DNA from: Candidatus Krumholzibacteriia bacterium
GTDB lineage: Bacteria > Krumholzibacteriota > Krumholzibacteriia > WVZY01
Reading direction: 5' to 3'
DNA: 10,711 nt
NCBI GenBank assembly: GCA_036478295.1
Contig: JAZGDW010000021.1
Span: 1 to 10,711, forward strand
The notes beneath the pieces are model-generated. The model was given only the letters and a program-made list of their open reading frames with translations, made no database searches and was not told where the DNA came from. A program made the position numbers and the translations under genes. Positions within the stretch are counted from its first letter, which is position 1; each line of letters starts with the position of its first letter. Positions 7,746 to 10,711 of this stretch are shown piece by piece.

Positions 7746-8008
7746 GGTGGACTCCTCTCTGGAATTCAACTGCGGGGTTCAGGGAGCGCCGCGACGGCAC
7801 GATGCTTGGGACGGCGGCGTGTGCGCACGTCAGGACGCAGTGTCCCGGGCCGTACCGGCAAACAATAATGTGGAGATTCCGCCACTCGGAATGGCATAAT
7901 TGCCAATGACTTTAGCGGATGCGGTGCCCTTGCCACAAGTCAAAAGTTTCCGGGGGCGCACGCGGCCGCGCCATGCCGCAGCCGTGGCCGCCAGGCGGCA
8001 AAGCGGCC

Positions 8009-8037
8009 TTTCCTTTTCAGGCTAAAACGGTTAGAAT
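8009..8037 (+). promoter_or_regulatory. Putative sigma70 promoter immediately upstream of the trpS start (leaderless geometry)
   Basis: TTTCCT (8009-8014), 17-bp spacer, TAGAAT (8032-8037), then 7 nt (GCCCGCC) to the ATG at 8045. No SD present. Confidence 0.55.
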
Positions 8038-8044
8038 GCCCGCC

Positions 8045-9034
8045 ATGAAACCGACACCGCGTATACTTTCCGGCATCCAGCCGACGGGCAAGCTACACCT
8101 CGGCAACTACCTCGGCGCCCTCAAGAACTGGGTGGCAATGCAGGACGAGTTTCCGAACGAGTGCTACTACTGCATTGTCGACCTGCACGCGGTGACCGCG
8201 CCCTACAAGCCGGCGCAACTCAAGCAGAAGATCTTTGATACGGCACTCGACTTTCTCGCCGCCGGCCTGGATCCCGCCAGGTCGACGATATTCATCCAGT
8301 CGCAGGTGACCGATCACGTGCGGCTCATGTGGCTCTTGAACACACTGGCGCCCCTCGGGCTGCTCGAGCGCATGACCCAGTTCAAGGACAAGAAGCAAAA
8401 ACAGCTAGAAAACATAAACGCGGGGCTCTTGACGTACCCCGTGCTGATGGCCGCCGACATACTGGTGTACAAGGCGACTCGGGTGCCGGTCGGTGACGAC
8501 CAACTCCAGCACCTTGAGCTGACCCGTGAGCTGGCCCGCAAGTTCAACCACACCTTTGGCCAGACCTTTCCGGAACCGGAAGCGCATCTCACAAAGGGAG
8601 CGCGCATCATGTCGCTCACCAACCCGGAGAGCAAGATGAGCAAGAGCGACAGCGAGCGGAGTTTCATAACGCTCGACGAGGAACCCGCGGGCATCGCCGC
8701 CCGGCTGAAGAAGGCGGTTACCGATACCGGAGCCGCGGGCGAAATCGGACCCGGGGCCAGGAACCTCCTGACGATTCTCAGTGTGGTGGATCCGACCGGG
8801 CATGCCGAATTCAAGAAACACGCGGAGGCAGGCACCATCCGTTATTCCGACCTCAAGTCACACTTGTCGGAGAAGCTTGCCGAATACCTCGCGCCTTTCC
8901 GCGAACGGCGCGCCGAGCTCGCCTCCAGGCCGAAGGAAGTATGGGATGTGTTGGAAACAGGGCGGGGGCAGGCCGAAAAGATTACATCCGCGACACTCGC
9001 CGAAGTTACGGAGAGAATGGGTTTCGTCTCCTGA
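8045..9034 (+). CDS. trpS: Tryptophan--tRNA ligase, 329 aa
   Basis: RILSGIQPTGKLHLGNY (HIGH motif), IVDLHA, FIQSQV, RMTQFKDK, YPVLMAADIL, VPVGDDQLQHLELTR, KMSKS. Recognisable TrpRS sequence begins at MKPTPRILSG, so the start is 8045 rather than 7919. Confidence 0.97.
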   Translation: MKPTPRILSGIQPTGKLHLGNYLGALKNWVAMQDEFPNECYYCIVDLHAVTAPYKPAQLKQKIFDTALDFLAAGLDPARSTIFIQSQVTDHVRLMWLLNTLAPLGLLERMTQFKDKKQKQLENINAGLLTYPVLMAADILVYKATRVPVGDDQLQHLELTRELARKFNHTFGQTFPEPEAHLTKGARIMSLTNPESKMSKSDSERSFITLDEEPAGIAARLKKAVTDTGAAGEIGPGARNLLTILSVVDPTGHAEFKKHAEAGTIRYSDLKSHLSEKLAEYLAPFRERRAELASRPKEVWDVLETGRGQAEKITSATLAEVTERMGFVS

Positions 9035-9106
9035 AGTGCCGGCGGCGGGTTTTCGTCGCAACCACCACGACGACAAAAGACCACATCGCAAACGCCGCTA
9101 TGAAAA

Positions 9107-9179
9107 TGACAGCATGCTGTCACAGTGACAGCATACTACCATGATGACAGTATGCTGTCATTACGACAGTATGCTGTCA
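9107..9179. repeat. Array of four 16-bp palindromes at a 19-bp period
   Basis: TGACAGCATGCTGTCA (9107-9122, perfect palindrome), TGACAGCATACTACCA (9126-9141), TGACAGTATGCTGTCA (9145-9160), CGACAGTATGCTGTCA (9164-9179). Spacers are 3 nt: CAG, TGA, TTA. Confidence 0.93.
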
Positions 9180-9224
9180 AAAGCCGATGGCGCGCTGTTT
9201 GCAAGGCGGTCTGACCGCGGGTTG

Positions 9225-9407
9225 TTATGCCAATCTCAGTTCCCGTTTCGCCTTCTTGAGAAAACCTTCTACCTCCTCAATACGCCGTCGCAACGTGGAG
9301 GGCTCTTCATGTCTTCTCACCCCGGCCATCGAGTGCTGCAACGCGGCGTCTGCGGCGCTTAGCATTTTGAGTGACGCTTGATACTCACCGGCCTTGAGCT
9401 CGACCAT
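9225..9407 (-). CDS. Small hypothetical protein, 60 aa, predicted helical
   Basis: MVELKAGEYQASLKMLSAADAALQHSMAGVRRHEEPSTLRRRIEEVEGFLKKAKRELRLA. ATG at 9407 with purine-rich SD AAGGAAGG about 7 nt upstream. Amphipathic helical pattern. The track's extension to 9524 runs through the tRNA and is rejected. Confidence 0.55.
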   Translation of the reverse strand: MVELKAGEYQASLKMLSAADAALQHSMAGVRRHEEPSTLRRRIEEVEGFLKKAKRELRLA

Positions 9408-9435
9408 TTTCGAACCTTCCTTGTGTGGGAGTGGA

Positions 9436-9512
9436 TGGGGTGGGCGACGGGACTTGAACCCGCGACCACTGGCACCACAAGCCAGGGCTCTACCAACTGA
9501 GCTACGCCCACC
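9436..9512 (-). tRNA. tRNA-His (GTG)
   Basis: G-GTGGGCG TAGCTCAGTTGGTAGAGC C CTGGC TT-GTG-GT GCCAG TGGTC GCGGG TTCAAGT CCCGT CGCCCAC-C-CCA. Full cloverleaf, encoded G-1:C73 His identity pair, encoded CCA, anticodon at 9478-9476. Confidence 0.98.
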
Positions 9513-9598
9513 GTCCTTGGACACTCGTTATTGGGAAGCGGCCGAACGCGGTTGTCATTTGATTGGCATTGCCGCACTGCCGCGAGGCCAGCGTCCGA

Positions 9599-9627
9599 AT
9601 GATAATGCGTACCGGGGCCATTGTAAA
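9599..9627 (-). promoter_or_regulatory. sigma70 promoter for tRNA-His
   Basis: Minus strand reads TTTACA (9627-9622), 17-bp spacer, TATCAT (9604-9599), followed by a GC-rich discriminator. About 80 nt of leader before the tRNA. Confidence 0.65.
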
Positions 9628-9753
9628 GTGGGATGCCTGGTTCGGTCTGGAATCGGCCCCACGGTACGCCCTCCACTATAGAGGGCACTCGGGATGCCGA
9701 AGAGGGGTGGCAGGAGCGGTACCGGCATGATATCATACCGGCGGGGGCAATCC

Positions 9754-10098
9754 ATGAAAAAGCGCTTGCTGGTCCTGGTGGTGGTTGTGGTGGCCGGGTG
9801 CGGGTTCGATCCCGCACCGCAGGTGCACCGGGTGCTGGTGCGGTCATCGACGTCGTGGCGTGCCGTGATGAGCTCCGGGGAGACGGTACGCGGGCAGGGG
9901 ACCATGGTGCTCGTGGTCGGCGAAGAGCGCCCCTGGTGTGTGGACGTCGAACGGACGAGCCCCACCGATTCGAGCCGCCTTTTCCTCAGGCTCTACGCCC
10001 AAGTGGGCGGGTTCACGGCTCCCACGGTCGAGATAGACATCTCGGAATCGAACCAACCAGGTGTCGGGGCCCGCGTGTGCATCCCGCGCCAGCCGTAG
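9754..10098 (+). CDS. Hypothetical lipoprotein, 114 aa
   Basis: MKKRLLVLVVVVVAG-C has a basic n-region, hydrophobic h-region and lipobox VAGC. G-rich SD-like stretch at 9743-9747. Beta-rich mature part with two further Cys residues. Confidence 0.7.
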   Translation: MKKRLLVLVVVVVAGCGFDPAPQVHRVLVRSSTSWRAVMSSGETVRGQGTMVLVVGEERPWCVDVERTSPTDSSRLFLRLYAQVGGFTAPTVEIDISESNQPGVGARVCIPRQP

Positions 10099-10200
10099 GG
10101 CGAGACGACCGTGGTCAAACCATCATCTCGACCGCCCGTCGTCGTTGTATCGACCTCCTTGACGTTCTGGGATGGCCTCTCCACGTACCCCAGGCAAGCC

Positions 10201-10229
10201 TTGAAGCGCACCCCGAAACATGGTAAAAT
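10201..10229 (+). promoter_or_regulatory. sigma70 promoter with extended -10
   Basis: TTGAAG (10201-10206), 17-bp spacer, TAAAAT (10224-10229), with TG at 10221-10222. Confidence 0.7.
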
Positions 10230-10350
10230 ATAGTGGGAAAGCGGCTTTGCGAAGCCCGACGGCCATTGGCCGGGCAGCCGTTGATGTGATGTGAGTGGGG
10301 TCTTTTTTTGTTGCCGCTCGCTTCTACCCGCTAACGGGAAAGGGACACCG

Positions 10351-10711
10351 GTGGTCAGGCTCCAGTTCCCCAGTGCAAGACCGTCGCTCGTAGTATTGCT
10401 GTGCCTCCTATCGGTGCAGCACGCCCCTGCGATTGCAAAGCAACCGGCGGGTCTCGACCGAACCCACCGCGCGGTTTCCTTATCCAATTCCACCAGCCAC
10501 GCCACGCTTTTCAGCGACGTCACGAGCGTCTCCGAAATCAGCTTCGTACACACCGGCCTGGGCGACAACGACATGCAGATCGGCACCGGGGCCGCCTGGT
10601 TCGACTACGACAGGGACGGAGACCTCGATCTCTACGTCACCCGCCGCGTTGGCGCTAACGCTCTCTTCAAGAACAACGGAGACGGAACGTTCACCGAGGT
10701 TGCGGGACCCA
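10351..10711 (+). CDS. Secreted FG-GAP/VCBS-repeat (CRTAC1/ASPIC-UnbV-like) protein, 5' part only
   Basis: Translated by hand from GTG 10351 (SD GAAAGGGA at 10338-10345): MVRLQFPSARPSLVVLLCLLSVQHAPAIA...LFSDVTSVSEI...GTGAAWFDYDRDGDLDLYVT...NALFKNNGDGTFTEVAGP. Contains the DxDxDGxxD calcium-binding motif and LFxNNGDGTF. Open to the window end and not in the ORF track. Confidence 0.9.
   Translation, partial: MVRLQFPSARPSLVVLLCLLSVQHAPAIAKQPAGLDRTHRAVSLSNSTSHATLFSDVTSVSEISFVHTGLGDNDMQIGTGAAWFDYDRDGDLDLYVTRRVGANALFKNNGDGTFTEVAGP

Noticed and set aside
7919..7936. sigma54 promoter (TGGCAAGGGCACCGC, minus strand) for the OPT gene
   Set aside because: GG-N10-GC spacing is present, but the -12 element is CCGC rather than TTGC. 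Too weak to call.
7770..8044. T-box or Trp attenuator upstream of trpS, or a riboswitch upstream of the OPT gene
   Set aside because: No T-box consensus, no Trp-codon leader peptide and no recognisable aptamer. Promoter geometry suggests trpS has no leader.
9107..9179. Palindrome array as CRISPR, canonical parS, matS or dif
   Set aside because: Spacers are only 3 nt, and the sequence or half-site spacing differs from those consensus sites.
9085..9230. Integron attC site starting at GCATAAC (minus strand, overlapping the small ORF stop)
   Set aside because: No complementary GTTATGC/GTTRRRY box at a suitable distance and no integron integrase.
9035..9512. Integrated prophage or genomic island at tRNA-His
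   Set aside because: No duplicate of the tRNA 3' end (att site) and no integrase in the window. Housekeeping trpS ends about 400 bp from the tRNA.
9359..10658. ORFs 9359..9847, 9394..9681, 9555..9965, 9633..10226, 9993..10586 and 10401..10658
   Set aside because: They overlap the tRNA, the lipoprotein or the FG-GAP gene in other frames and have uninformative R/P/G-rich composition.

Overview
GC-rich bacterial chromosomal window. Genes in order: ssb (minus strand, 3' end runs off the window, missed by the ORF track); a secreted tricorn-type S41 protease; a lower-GC secreted protein ending in a 'TTWGRIKALYR' C-terminal motif; a 2-TM hypothetical protein and an OPT-family transporter (minus strand); trpS; a 60-aa ORF directly behind tRNA-His(GTG) (minus strand); a small lipoprotein; and the 5' part of an FG-GAP/VCBS (CRTAC1-like) repeat protein, also missed by the track. 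From recall, the TWGxIK motif suggests an FCB-group candidate phylum such as Krumholzibacteriota, Latescibacterota or Eisenbacteria; this was not searched. The most unusual signals are non-coding: (i) four copies of a 16-bp palindrome (TGACAGYATRCTGTCA) at an exact 19-bp period between two convergent gene ends; (ii) one REP-like repeat family bracketing the low-GC TWGxIK gene on both sides, including a 46-bp tandem; (iii) a perfect 24-bp inverted repeat between ssb and the protease; (iv) an apparently leaderless trpS. No integrase, transposase or CRISPR array was seen.
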